Below, piece by piece: positions 31,350 to 42,711 of a stretch of 64,000 nucleotides of DNA. Where the stretch lies: contig OZ037843.1 of assembly GCA_964035575.1 (NCBI GenBank), positions 1 to 64,000 on the forward strand. Reading direction: 5' to 3'. The notes under the pieces are model-generated. The model was given only the letters and a program-made list of their open reading frames with translations. It made no database searches and was not told the DNA's origin. This DNA comes from Rhynchopus sp. YZ270_cl-10 (lineage: Eukaryota). Every line of letters begins with the position of its first letter. Position 1 is the first letter of the stretch. A program made the translations under genes and the position numbers.

Positions 31350-33870
31350 TGTACAATAACACTCTAAAGTACCCTTACTATGAACTATGAGATTCTCTGG
31401 TTTTCTTAAGGAAACCCCGGTCTCAAAAAGTGCGTAAATTTCCTTTTTTTTTTTCCGCCCAAGAGGTCGTTTTGTTGCATTTCCGAACCAATCCCGGCTT
31501 GCGGTGAGGGATATACGGAAAAATGGACAAAATTTCAGTGACTTAAATTTTCACAAAATATGAACCCATACCGTAAACAAGGGTCATTTTCAGTCTGAAA
31601 ACCCAACTTGGCATGAAATTGTGGTGCTTTGACTGCAAACACCAATGAACTGAACAAGCTATGGGGTTTCTGTGACCACAGAGAAGAGTGAGAACAAAAA
31701 CCAGGACGGTTATGGCCTCGGAGGGGTGCCGCCCTCACGCAGCGAGGGTGGAGACGGTTCAGCAGCGCATTGCCGTACTCAAAAGAAAATGAACACTGTA
31801 CATAAGTACATCATATTTAGAAATAAAGTAGGGTAGGGAACAGGTAGCGCCGCAGGCGCACGGTACCCAACTTTTTCTTTTTTCTTTTCCCTTTTCTCTG
31901 CTTTCTTTTGATTGCGCGAGCCGATTGCTCTCCACGGTGGGGTCACATGTGTGTACAAAAACACTCTAAAGTACCCTTACTGTGCAATATGGGATTCTCT
32001 GGTTTTCTTAAGGAAACCCCGGTTTGCAAAAAAAAAAACGTACCACAAAAATATCCAAAAATCCCGGGCCAAGGGCCAAAAATTAGCGCAAAGCCTGACT
32101 CAGTCACACATTTTCTTTTTATTTTTGTGATCACTAAACGCTGCTCACAATACTGAACGTAAAATTTTGACAATTTTGTTGATGAAGATGTAGTGTGTGT
32201 GAGTGAGATGGGGAGCACGGGAGGGGAAAAGATGACTCGTGGTTACTGAAAAATCTAAAAATGAATTTCTTTGTTTTTGTGGAGAGTAAACCTTTGAAAG
32301 CTAAGACAATGAGTGCGCCGCAAAGACACATGCATTTATAAGAAAACGTGGAACAAGTAATATTTACAGTCCCTGTTATAAACCACACTGTTTTGTTCTT
32401 CCTTGTTCCTTTCAACACTTTTTATTCATTTGCTATTTTTTTGCTTGGGAGAAACGCAACACGTGTCGGTTCTGCGGAAAAACATGACACTGAACCACCT
32501 GTGTGCTGCCCCTATTCATGTCTATCCATGAAAACTGCATCACAAGTGATACCGGGAAAAAAAGTTTAAACTGCGGAAGACGCAAAACAAACTTGCGAAA
32601 CAATAAAAGAGTTTTTTCTGCGAAGTGGTGGTAATGGGGAGAATAAAACATTACGAAAAAACCTCCACTATCATTTCGCAAGCTTCATTACCATTTTGAT
32701 TTTCTCCTCCCACAAAAAATCACAAAAGTCTGTTTTTACTTCACACGGACACAGTTGTGTGAAGCGCACTCGAACATAATACTGGTTACCTCTTCTTTGT
32801 TTGGTACAGTTGTTAACGTTGTGTTGCCAGCATCAGTCTGCTCTTCAGAAGTCGATGGCAGAGATGGAGGCCTCAATGCCACACTCGTTCACACCACGTG
32901 CGATCTTGAAGAAGCCACCGTCTCCCCACATCTCGTTCCAGGAGTTCTTCACGGTCCAGTACTTCTGGCCGGCCTCAACACCGTAGCCCACAATCTCGAC
33001 GGCGTGTCCACCAAGGTAGGATCCGGTGGTGTGCTTGTACACTCCGCTCTTGTAGGTGGGGAAGTCGGAGTACACCTGGAAGGCCGCAGACAGAGGTCCC
33101 GACTGGAGGGCCGTCACGATGTCCTCCTCTCCAGACACGGAGTAGGCCTTGGCACCCTTCACCTTGTCGGCCTCGTACTGGCCACCGTAGTTCGGGGAGC
33201 ACGACTCGCTGCACGACGGGGTCGGGTACTCAGAGGTGGGGCAGGCGGGGTACTTCGAGGTGGCGGGCACGTGGTGTGCGCAGGGCGCAAGGGTGTAGGG
33301 GCGGCAAGAGTTCTTGTCCTGGTAGTCTCCTCCGGTCACAACTCCGGTCTTGGTCATCCACTCAAGGGCGGCTCCCGGCTGTCCTCCGTTGCATCCCATG
33401 GAGAACCCACACGCGAATCCGTGGCAGCACGAGGCAGTGTCCTCAGTGCTCATCAGCTTGTCAATTCCCTGGTGGATGCAACGACGGTCCTCGAACGTCT
33501 CGGTGGACCCAAACGCCCAGCACGATCCACACGACGACTGGTCACGCACGTGGGAGATCACGCTGCAGTTCGACCACTGGGTGCGTGCGTCAAAGTCGGT
33601 GGGGTTGGCCGAGAGTGGCTTGCGCTCGATCTTGCCCGCCGGGAGGTGGACGTACTTGGGGTGGTCCCTCAGCCATGCGCCGCAGAGGGTCCTGACCCCG
33701 TCAGTGCCGTTGAAGCGGGTCGGGCGCTCGGCCTTCCATCCGCTCTGCACGCTGTTGACCTTCTGGGCGATGGTCTCGAACTCCTCAGCAGAGACTGTGG
33801 TGGCCGCAAGGGCCATCAGCATCATACCGCGCTGCATGGTTGTTTGGTTGAGTCTGTGGTGGGTGTGGTG
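31348..33870 (+). repeat. Segmental duplication copy 1 (copy 2 = 38577-~43740, which carries two transposon insertions)
   Basis: Near-identical sequence: 31348-32010 matches 38577-39240, and 32100-33840 matches ~41967-43707. Confidence 0.9.
32845..33837 (-). CDS. Cathepsin B-like cysteine peptidase (C1A) with signal peptide
   Basis: QSSCGSCWAF catalytic Cys, CNGG, occluding-loop CAHHV, GGHAV catalytic His, KNSW; hydrophobic N-terminus. Confidence 0.95.
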   Translation of the reverse strand: MQRGMMLMALAATTVSAEEFETIAQKVNSVQSGWKAERPTRFNGTDGVRTLCGAWLRDHPKYVHLPAGKIERKPLSANPTDFDARTQWSNCSVISHVRDQSSCGSCWAFGSTETFEDRRCIHQGIDKLMSTEDTASCCHGFACGFSMGCNGGQPGAALEWMTKTGVVTGGDYQDKNSCRPYTLAPCAHHVPATSKYPACPTSEYPTPSCSESCSPNYGGQYEADKVKGAKAYSVSGEEDIVTALQSGPLSAAFQVYSDFPTYKSGVYKHTTGSYLGGHAVEIVGYGVEAGQKYWTVKNSWNEMWGDGGFFKIARGVNECGIEASISAIDF

Positions 33871-34794
33871 TAGTGGTGTGGATTTTTGTTGGATAACTAA
33901 TTTAGAGTAAGGCCGGAACGAACCTGCCCCTTATGTGTGGTGTGGTGCTTTATCTCACCATACAGATGGACAATGGTGACAAGGTGGGTGAATGTACGAT
34001 GTACGCTGTGTGTGGGGTTAGAGAAGAAAAGTCTTAAAAGCGGGAGAGGGTATTTAAAAGGGTTCCAATTTTTTTTTCCACATCTTCAACAACAAAGGGG
34101 AGGGGGCAGGAATGGGGAAGTGTACACAAAACGTGTATTTCTAAAAAAACAAAAATAGACAATAAGCTGACTTCAGGAATGTTAAAAATAGAAAGTGTAA
34201 AGTGCACACATCACTATGGACGCGGACACAGGAAGAAAGAAAAAGTTGAAAAAGTTGAAAATCGCAAAAACGCCTCACGTGTCTTTACTGAAGTGCGCGG
34301 CGTTAACCTCAACGGACATTGCATGAACTGGTACACAATGCACTGTAAATAAAATGGTAGTAGTTGATAGCTTTGCTCCACCGTAACACGAGAATGAAAC
34401 ACAAAACTGGTGTAAAGACAAAGCTGTAAGCTGTGGATGGCTACATTGGCACAAAAAACAAAATAAGAAAATCTGAAACGGAAAAGGCTTTCGCTGGGCC
34501 CTTTCGCGCCTTTGTGGAGAGGGGACTAAAAACGGGAAGGAAATCTAATTGAGACTGTTTTTTATTTTTGATAAATCGTTGGAGTAGGTGCAGTTGCCTC
34601 GGTTGTGTTGCCACAGTTGTGCAATGAGTGGGTGCTTTTTGAAGAAAAAACAATAATATATTATGGGTGCCCTTGGAGGGTCAGGAACTCATCTCAAAAA
34701 TGGATCAGTGAGCGAGTTCCAACCCGCACAGAGGGGCTCTTGCCACGAAGACAGGAAACCCATGACATACAAAAGAGTGGAGTGTCACATACTC

Positions 34795-34828
34795 CTCCTT
34801 CCTCCTTCTTCTTCTCCTTCTTCTCTAG
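34795..34828 (+). promoter_or_regulatory. Polypyrimidine tract + AG, probable (trans-)splice acceptor of the Zn-finger gene
   Basis: CTCCTTCCTCCTTCTTCTTCTCCTTCTTCTCTAG ends 17 nt before ATG 34846. The motif is repeated before the other family copies. Confidence 0.55.
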
Positions 34829-34845
34829 CTCGTTTATATTGCATA

Positions 34846-35280
34846 ATGTGCGAAGGTACGAGCTGCACGCACAACGACTGGGACAACGTGAGGGTGAAGT
34901 GCAAGAAGACGCATCTCCGTTGCCGCGTCTGCTCTTTCAAGTGGAACGTCTCTCTGATGTCATGCGAGAAGTGCAGCAAATTCCCAAAGGGCAACTGTTC
35001 AGACCCTACGTGCACGCTCCTGCACATCCATGCATACAAATGCAAGGTGAAGGAGGAGGCCTTCCTGGAGAAACAAAGGAGGAAGACGAAACAGGGACAG
35101 ATGCGCCCTGAGCCTCCGGTTGCTGTCCTGCCGACTACTGTTCTTCCCACTGCCCTCCCGGCCACCCTGCAGATGGCGGTCGTGCAGATGAACCAGCAAC
35201 AGCAGCATGCACAGATGCGAGCACATCAGGCACAACAGTACTTTTGTGATTGTTTTGTGGTGTACTTAGAGGGTTTTTGA
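34846..35280 (+). CDS. Small Cys/His Zn-finger protein, copy with deleted 3' end
   Basis: CTHNDWDNVRVK..LRCRVC plus C-x7-C-x4-C-x3-H (CCCH-like) and a Gln-rich tail. After ~35239 it joins sequence found ~250 nt further downstream in the 37198 copy. Confidence 0.6.
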   Translation: MCEGTSCTHNDWDNVRVKCKKTHLRCRVCSFKWNVSLMSCEKCSKFPKGNCSDPTCTLLHIHAYKCKVKEEAFLEKQRRKTKQGQMRPEPPVAVLPTTVLPTALPATLQMAVVQMNQQQQHAQMRAHQAQQYFCDCFVVYLEGF

Positions 35281-36421
35281 GCTACACCAAAAAAAGTGCA
35301 AGAAAAGCGACACCCCCAGACAATCACCACTGCCTCAGAGAGACGAGGCAGTGGAAAAAACCTGAAGTGAGCCGCAACAAGCTTGATGACAAAACGCTCA
35401 GACAGTTGTGAGCCTATACAACGGGTGGAGACATTAAAAATTATTACGCATCCACTTGCCGTTTGGATAAAGAAGAACACAAAGACGAAAGGGTTTTTTT
35501 TTGGGGGGGGGAGTTTAATTCTTGAACGCATCCCCACACTCAGTCACACATTTTCTTGTTTTTTTAATCACTAAACGCTGCTCACAATACTGAACGTAAA
35601 ATTTTGACAATTTTGCTGATGAAGATGTAGTGTGTGTGTGTGAGATGGGGCGCACGGGAGGGGAAAAGATGACTCGTGGATACTGAAAAATTCAAAAATG
35701 AATTTCTTTGTGTGTTTTATGGAGAGTAAACCTTTGAAAGCTAAGACAATGAGTGTGCAGCAAAGACACATGCATTTATAAGAAAACGTGGAACAATTTT
35801 ATTTGCTCTTCCTTCAAAACTTCACACACAACGCTTTTGGCTTTTGGAAGATACACAAGGTGCCAGATTATATGATATGTACGAAACCACCCTGCACCTG
35901 TTTGTCATAATTATTGTTTCCCGTGTAATACATGAAGAAACAAGCAAATAAAATGGTAGTTGTTGATAGCTTTGTTCCACCGTAACACGAGAATGAAACA
36001 CAAAACTGGTGTAAAGACAAAGCTGTAGGCTGTGGATGGCTACATTGGCACAAAAAACAAAAGAAGAAAATTTGAAACGGAAAAGGCTTTCGCTGGGCCC
36101 TTTCGCGCCTTTGTGGAGAGGGGACTAAAAACGGGAAGGAAATCTAATTGAGACTGTTTTTTTATTTTTGATAAATCGTTGGAGTAGGCGTAGTTGCCTC
36201 GGTTGTGCAATGAGGGTGCTTTTTGAAGAAAAAACAATATGGGCGCCCTTGGAGGGTCAGGAACTCATCTCAAAAATGGATCAGTGAGCGAGTTCCAACC
36301 CGCACAGAGGGGCTCTTGCCACGAAGACAGGAAACCCATGACATACAAAAGAGTGGAGTGTCACATACTCCTCCTTCCTCCTTCTTCTTCTCCTTCTTCT
36401 CTAGCTCGTTTATATTGCATA

Positions 36422-36557
36422 ATGTGCGAAGGTACGAGCTGCACGCACAACGACTGGGACAACGTGAGGGTGAAGTGCAACAAGACGCATCTCCGTTGCC
36501 GCGTCTGCTCTTTCAAGTGGAACGTCTCTCTGATGTCATGCGAGAAGTGCAGCAAAA
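36422..36557 (+). pseudogene. Truncated Zn-finger gene copy
   Basis: MCEGTSCTHNDWD...CEKCSK, then fused to the 3' flank of the inverted copy. Confidence 0.7.
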
Positions 36558-36594
36558 TCGTAGGCAGGGGAGGCCGCACCAACATGGCTACAAC

Positions 36595-37116
36595 TTAGGG
36601 CTTGTAAGTGACAACAGGGACCAAAAAGGACAGTATCACAGGCTGCATCCCCAGCGCTTGCTGCTGAAGGAAGAGCTGCTGCTGTTGTGCCTGATGTGCT
36701 CGCATCTGTGCATGCTGCTGTTGCTGGTTCATCTGCACGACCGCCATCTGCAGGGTGGCCGGGAGGGCAGTGGGAAGAACAGTAGTCGGCAGGACAGCAA
36801 CCTGAGGCTCAGGGCGCATCTGTCCCTGTTTCGTCTTCCTCCTTTGTTTCTCCAGGAAGGCCTCCTCCTTCACCTTGCATTTGTATGCATGGATGTGCAG
36901 GAGCGTGCACGTAGGGTCTGAACAGTTGCCCTTTGGGAATTTGCTGCACTTCTCGCATGCCTCGAGAACGACGTTCCACTTGTAACAGCACACACGGCAA
37001 CGGAGATGCGTCTTCTTGCACTTCACCCTCAGGTTGTCCCAGTCGTTGTGCGTGCAGCTCGTACCTTCAGGCGCCACTGGCTCAGGTGTGATGTCCTTGT
37101 TCGTTCCGACACACAT
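36595..37116 (-). CDS. 173-aa Cys/His Zn-finger protein (inverted copy)
   Basis: CTHNDWDNLRVK..LRCRVC, CCCH-like motif, Gln-rich C-terminus. Confidence 0.75.
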   Translation of the reverse strand: MCVGTNKDITPEPVAPEGTSCTHNDWDNLRVKCKKTHLRCRVCCYKWNVVLEACEKCSKFPKGNCSDPTCTLLHIHAYKCKVKEEAFLEKQRRKTKQGQMRPEPQVAVLPTTVLPTALPATLQMAVVQMNQQQQHAQMRAHQAQQQQLFLQQQALGMQPVILSFLVPVVTYKP

Positions 37117-37197
37117 TATGAAAAAGCAACGAGCTAGAGAAGAAGAAGCTATGCTCCTTCTTCTTCTCCTTCTTCTCTAGCTCGTTTATTTTTCATA

Positions 37198-37719
37198 ATG
37201 TGCGTGAGATCGAACAAGGACATCACACCTGAGCCAGTGGCGCCTGAAGGTACGAGCTGCACGCACAACGACTGGGACAACCTGAGGGTGAAGTGCAAGA
37301 AGACGCATCTCCGTTGCCGCGTCTGCTGTTACGAGTGGAACGTCTCTCTGATGTCATGCGAGGAGTGCAGCAAATTCCCAAAGGGCAACTGTTCAGACCC
37401 TACGTGCACGCTCCTGCACATCCATGCATACAAATGCAAGGTGAAGGAGGAGGCCTTCCTGGAGAAACAAAGGAGGAAGACGAAACAGGGACAGATGCGC
37501 CCTGAGCCTCCGGTTGCTGTCCTGCCGACTACTGTTCTTCCCACTGCCCTCCCGGCCACCCTGCAGATGGCGGTCGTGCAGATGAACCAGCAACAGCAGC
37601 ACGCACAGATGCGAGCACATCAGGCACAACAGCAGCAGCTCTTCCTTCAGCAGCAAGCGCTGGGGATGCAGCCTGTGATGCTGTCCTTTTTGGTCCCTGT
37701 TGTCACTTACAAGCCCTAA
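37198..37719 (+). CDS. 173-aa Cys/His Zn-finger protein
   Basis: Close paralogue of 36595-37116, preceded by a polypyrimidine tract and AG. Confidence 0.75.
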   Translation: MCVRSNKDITPEPVAPEGTSCTHNDWDNLRVKCKKTHLRCRVCCYEWNVSLMSCEECSKFPKGNCSDPTCTLLHIHAYKCKVKEEAFLEKQRRKTKQGQMRPEPPVAVLPTTVLPTALPATLQMAVVQMNQQQQHAQMRAHQAQQQQLFLQQQALGMQPVMLSFLVPVVTYKP

Positions 37720-39240
37720 ATTATAGCCATGTTGGTGCGGCCTCCCCTGCCTACGCCCCGTGCGCGCAGCACGTTCACAGACCCTGAGGACATGCCGCAC
37801 ATCCCTCGGAACACAACAAAAAGAAATGAAAAATAAAACGTAAAAGTGGTGTAGCTCATCCCAAAAAATAAAGTGTAATTTTTGTACTTTTGTGATTGTT
37901 TTGTGGTGTACTTAGAGGGTTTTTGAGCTACACCAAAAAAGTGCAAGAAAAGCGACACCCCCAGACAATCACCACTGCCTCAGAGAGACGAGGCAGTGGA
38001 AAAAACCTGAAGTGAGCCGCAACAAGCTTGATGACAAAACGCTCAGACAGTTGTGAGCCTATACAACGGGTGGAGACATTAAAAATTATTACGCATCCAC
38101 TTGCCGTTTGGATAAAGAAGAACACAAAGACGAAAGGGGTTTTGGGGGGAAGAGTTGAATTCTTGAACACATCCCCACACTCAGTCCAGGCTTCGCGCTA
38201 ACTTTTGGAAAAAAATCTGAAAAATCGTGCTCCGGGCCCAAAAAAACGTACCTCAAGGTAGTTACGTCTGGGGGTGAAAAAACAGTGTTTTGTGGCATTT
38301 CCGAGCCAATCCCGCGCTGTGGTGGGGCATATTCGGGAAAATGGACAAAATTTTAGTGACTTAAATTTTCACAAAATATGAACCCATACTCCTAAACAAG
38401 GGGCATTTTCAGTCCGAAAACCCAAATTCAGATGAAATTGCGGTGTTTTTCACTGGCTGTTGGCAACAGGTAGCGCCGCAGGCGCACGGTACCCAACTTT
38501 TTTCTTTTTTCTTTTCCGTTTTCTCTGCTTTCTTTTGATTGCGCGAGCCGATTGCTCTCCACGGTGGGGTCACATGTGTGTACAATAACACTCTAAAGTA
38601 CCCTTACTATGAACTATGAGATTCTCTGGTTTTCTTAAGGAAACCCCGGTCTCAAAAAGTGCGTAAATTTCCTTTTTTTTTTTTCCGCCCAAGAGGTCGT
38701 TTTGTTGCATTTCCGAACCAATCCCGGCTTGCGGTGAGGGATATACGGAAAAATGGACAAAATTTCAGTGACTTAAATTTTCACAAAATATGAACCCATA
38801 CCGTAAACAAGGGTCATTTTCAGTCTGAAAACCCAACTTGGCATGAAATTGTGGTGCTTTGACTGCAAACACCAATGAACTGAACAAGCTATGGGGTTTC
38901 TGTGACCACAGAGAAGAGTGAGAACAAAAACCAGGACGGTTATGGCCTCGGAGGGGTGCCGCCCTCACGCAGCGAGGGTGGAGACGGTTCAGCAGCGCAT
39001 TGCCGTACTCAAAAGAAAATGAACACTGTACATAAGTACATCATATTTAGAAATAAAGTAGGGTAGGGAACAGGTAGCGCCGCAGGCGCACGGTACCCAA
39101 CTTTTTCTTTTTTCTTTTCCCTTTTCTCTGCTTTCTTTTGATTGCGCGAGCCGATTGCTCTCCACGGTGGGGTCACATGTGTGTACAAAAACACTCTAAA
39201 GTACCCTTACTGTGCAATATGGGATTCTCTGGTTTTCTTA

Positions 39241-40192
39241 CTGGGGGGGGGCGAATAAGAGATCAGGGGTGAATAAGAGATCAGGGCCGAATAAGAGATC
39301 AGGTTGAGATTTTGGGGGTATTTTTTTTTTTTTTTTTTTTTGCACGCACCAGGGTTTTATCCAGGGTAGTAGCTTGAAAGGTGCACTTTTCAAATGTTGC
39401 TGGTTTGCTGGTTTAGAAAAAAAATTTTCCCGGTTAAAAGCGGTCGTCGCGCGCTTCGCGCGCGCCTCCCTGCCAACCACTGAGTGGAGAGGCAAAGGGT
39501 AAATTTTGCGAGACAACAAAGAAAATGGAATATAATCCTGTGTGTACGGCGCTTGGTCTTGCACCTTCCACTAACTGTACAAAGTCAATAGGTCTTCCAG
39601 AAGCAGGGGCTGTTGCAACGGTGGGTCATTTTGAAAAAATGGTCAACTTTTTGCAGCTTTGGTCAAGTTGCATTTGCGGCTGCAAAATGCAAGGGGATTC
39701 CCTAAGACATTGTAAACTCTATTTTTTGCGGAGCAAAAAATTAATATAAAGTGGCGCCGCAGGCGAAAAAAAATTAGGGCATAGTGCAAAACATGCAGCT
39801 TTTTACACCACAGAGTCACTTAATGAACCCTTTTTAGGGGTTCGCTTACGTGTGAGGCTTTCTTCTGTGAGTGGGAAAGTGGTGCGGGGGAGGCGAAAAA
39901 CTGAATCCCGAATCCCACTTTTTTTTTTTTATTTTTCCTCAAACCAGTAAACCAGCTCGTTCTGGTTTTGAAACCAGCAAAAGTACCCAAGCTATTTCCC
40001 TGGTTTTATCTTGAAAAAACATTTTGAAATTTTACCCTGTCTACCCGGTCTGGCAAAAAAGTGGTCAAAAAAATTTTTTTGCCTCCGGCGAAAATGTCTA
40101 TTTGCTTTTTTTTCCCCAAAATTTTTTTTTTATTTTTGGCTCGTCCGTTCGCCTAATAAGAGATGCCACATCTCTTATTCGCCCCCCCCCAG
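39241..40192. mobile_element. 952-bp MITE, Tc1/mariner-type (TA TSD)
   Basis: Perfect 23-bp TIR CT(G)9CGAATAAGAGAT; TA duplicated; empty site TTCTTAAGGAAA at ~32005-32016; subterminal GAATAAGAGATCAGG x3. Confidence 0.9.
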
Positions 40193-40284
40193 TAAGGAAA
40201 CCCCGGTTTGCAAAAAAAAAAACGTACCACAAAAATATCCAAAAATCCCGGGCCAAGGGCCAAAAATTAGCAAAGCCTGACTCA

Positions 40285-41966
40285 GGGGGGTCCGTAAGTT
40301 TGTGTATTAGTGTGTAAAATTTCCGGCCCTTTTGGGTGAAAAAAAAAAAGGGTGAGGGGAGTTGGGTCCAGTCATAGGGCGTATAGCATATTTTTTGGAA
40401 AATTCTTCAAAAAAGCAAGGATTTTTGCTGAGCACAATGAAATTTTCAGAAAAATCCCAATTTTCGGCCAAATTTGGAGCAAATTAGGGCCCACACACCC
40501 CGATTTTGGGTCAAAAACCGACTTCATTGCTCAGGAGTGCCTACGATTACGTAAACCAAAGGTCCTCTGGATGCATGCATTGATAAACACAACACTGGAA
40601 ATTGCAAGGAACAGGTCTGCATGCGTGTTCTCTAGCCACTACAGTCACAGGGTATGCACAAAATGACCGTATTGGTTGAATTTTGACTTGCAAATGTTTT
40701 TCACGAACATGTATTTCTGAGGTTTTTTGGATTCTTTGGGCCATTTTATGACTTCGGGTGCCTACCACGCCCGTTTTTGAGCAATAAAAATTTTTTTGTC
40801 TGGTCAAAAATCGCCTTGTACTTGTGAAAGGAATTGCTAAGGAAATGTGAAATATGTGTGTTTTTGTACACAAAAGTGCGTTTTGGGTGCTTCTGAAGGG
40901 TCAAAACACCAAAATTTTGCGTTTTTTTGCGTTTTTGATCTCCCAAGGACACACTATTTTCGGTGAATTTTTTTGTGAAAAAAAACTGAAAAATCACGGC
41001 TATAAGAACGCTAAGGAAAAATCGATATTCATTTTTTTGGGCAGAAAAGTGCGTTTTAGGTGCCCACCGATGGTCAAAACATCAATTTTTTTGTGTTTTT
41101 GGCATCTTTGGACACCCAAGGACCCACTATCGGGGTGATTTTTTTTTTCCTGAGATTTGCCTTTGCCAAAATCGAAAAAAAAAAAATTGTGACGGAATTT
41201 GCTAAGGAAAAGTCGAAATTGTGGGCCCCTGTAGTAATGCATAAGGTGCATAATGCATATGTTTACCCCCAGATCGTCAAAACACCCGATTTTTGCGTTT
41301 TTTTGCACTTTTTGGTGCCCAAAAACCCAACTCAGGGGTCGAAATTTTCCCGAAAAAAAATTTTTTTTTTTGAGATTTTTTGATTTTTTGACAAGGCGCT
41401 GTCCCATACAAAATGCACTGGTGGTACAGAAAATGACTGGGGAATTAACTCTAGATGCTCAAAACAGCCCAATTCTTGCTTTTTTTGACTTTTTGGTCCC
41501 AGAAGGGTACCTAGGGTGTAGTGAGCAGGCCTCAAAAACACTTGTGAAAAAAAAAATTGGGATTTTTTTTTTGAGATTTTTTCAAAAATCGACTTGTTTT
41601 TGGTAAAAATCACGAAATTTTGGGTTCGCGGAACCGCGTTTTAGACCCCCCTAGATGCTCAAAAGTGCCAAATTTTGCTTTTAATGGCCTCAAATCGTCG
41701 AAATTAGCCCAATATAGGGGCCAAAAAAAAAATTCGAGGGTCCAGGTATGGAGAGCGAGCACCTTAGAAGGAAGATCGTACGTAAATTTTTGTGTGTACA
41801 ATTGTACACCCGGTCTGCCGGTCTTTTTCGAGGGTGGGTAGGACCGGCCCTAATAGCCGGTAATCCTTAAGAGCCGGTCTTTTTACGGACCCTAAAGACC
41901 GGCTAAAGACCGGCTATACACACTAATTACGTGTCTGGTCGTTGCCGGTCTATTTACGGATCCCCC
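40285..41966. mobile_element. 1.68-kb non-autonomous DNA transposon, PIF/Harbinger-like
   Basis: TIR GGGGG(G/A)TCCGTAA; TSD TCA (CTCAG also fits); empty site CTGACTCAGTCAC at ~32095-32107; no transposase ORF. Confidence 0.8.
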
Positions 41967-42711
41967 TCAGTCACACATTTTCTTTTTATTTTTGTGATCA
42001 CTAAACGCTGCTCACAATACTGAACGTAAAATTTTGACAATTTTGTTGATGAAGATGTAGTGTGTGTGAGTGAGATGGGGAGCACGGGAGGGGAAAAGAT
42101 GACTCGTGGTTACTGAAAAATCTAAAAATGAATTTCTTTGTTTTTGTGGAGAGTAAACCTTTGAAAGCTAAGACAATGAGTGCGCCGCAAAGACACATGC
42201 ATTTATAAGAAAACGTGGAACAAGTAATATTTACAGTCCCTGTTATAAACCACACTGTTTTGTTCTTCCTTGTTCCTTTCAACACTTTTTATTCATTTGC
42301 TATTTTTTTGCTTGGGAGAAACGCAACACGTGTCGGTTCTGCGGAAAAACATGACACTGAACCACCTGTGTGCTGCCCCTATTCATGTCTATCCATGAAA
42401 ACTGCATCACAAGTGATACCGGGAAAAAAAGTTTAAACTGCGGAAGACGCAAAACAAACTTGCGAAACAATAAAAGAGTTTTTTCTGCGAAGTGGTGGTA
42501 ATGGGGAGAATAAAACATTACGAAAAAACCTCCACTATCATTTCGCAAGCTTCATTACCATTTTGATTTTCTCCTCCCACAAAAAATCACAAAAGTCTGT
42601 TTTTACTTCACACGGACACAGTTGTGTGAAGCGCACTCGAACATAATACTGGTTACCTCTTCTTTGTTTGGTACAGTTGTTAACGTTGTGTTGCCAGCAT
42701 CAGTCTGCTCT

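Noticed and set aside
32755..33873. 372-aa + strand ORF and the many antisense ORFs over the large genes
   Set aside because: Shadow ORFs opposite well-supported GC-rich coding sequences.
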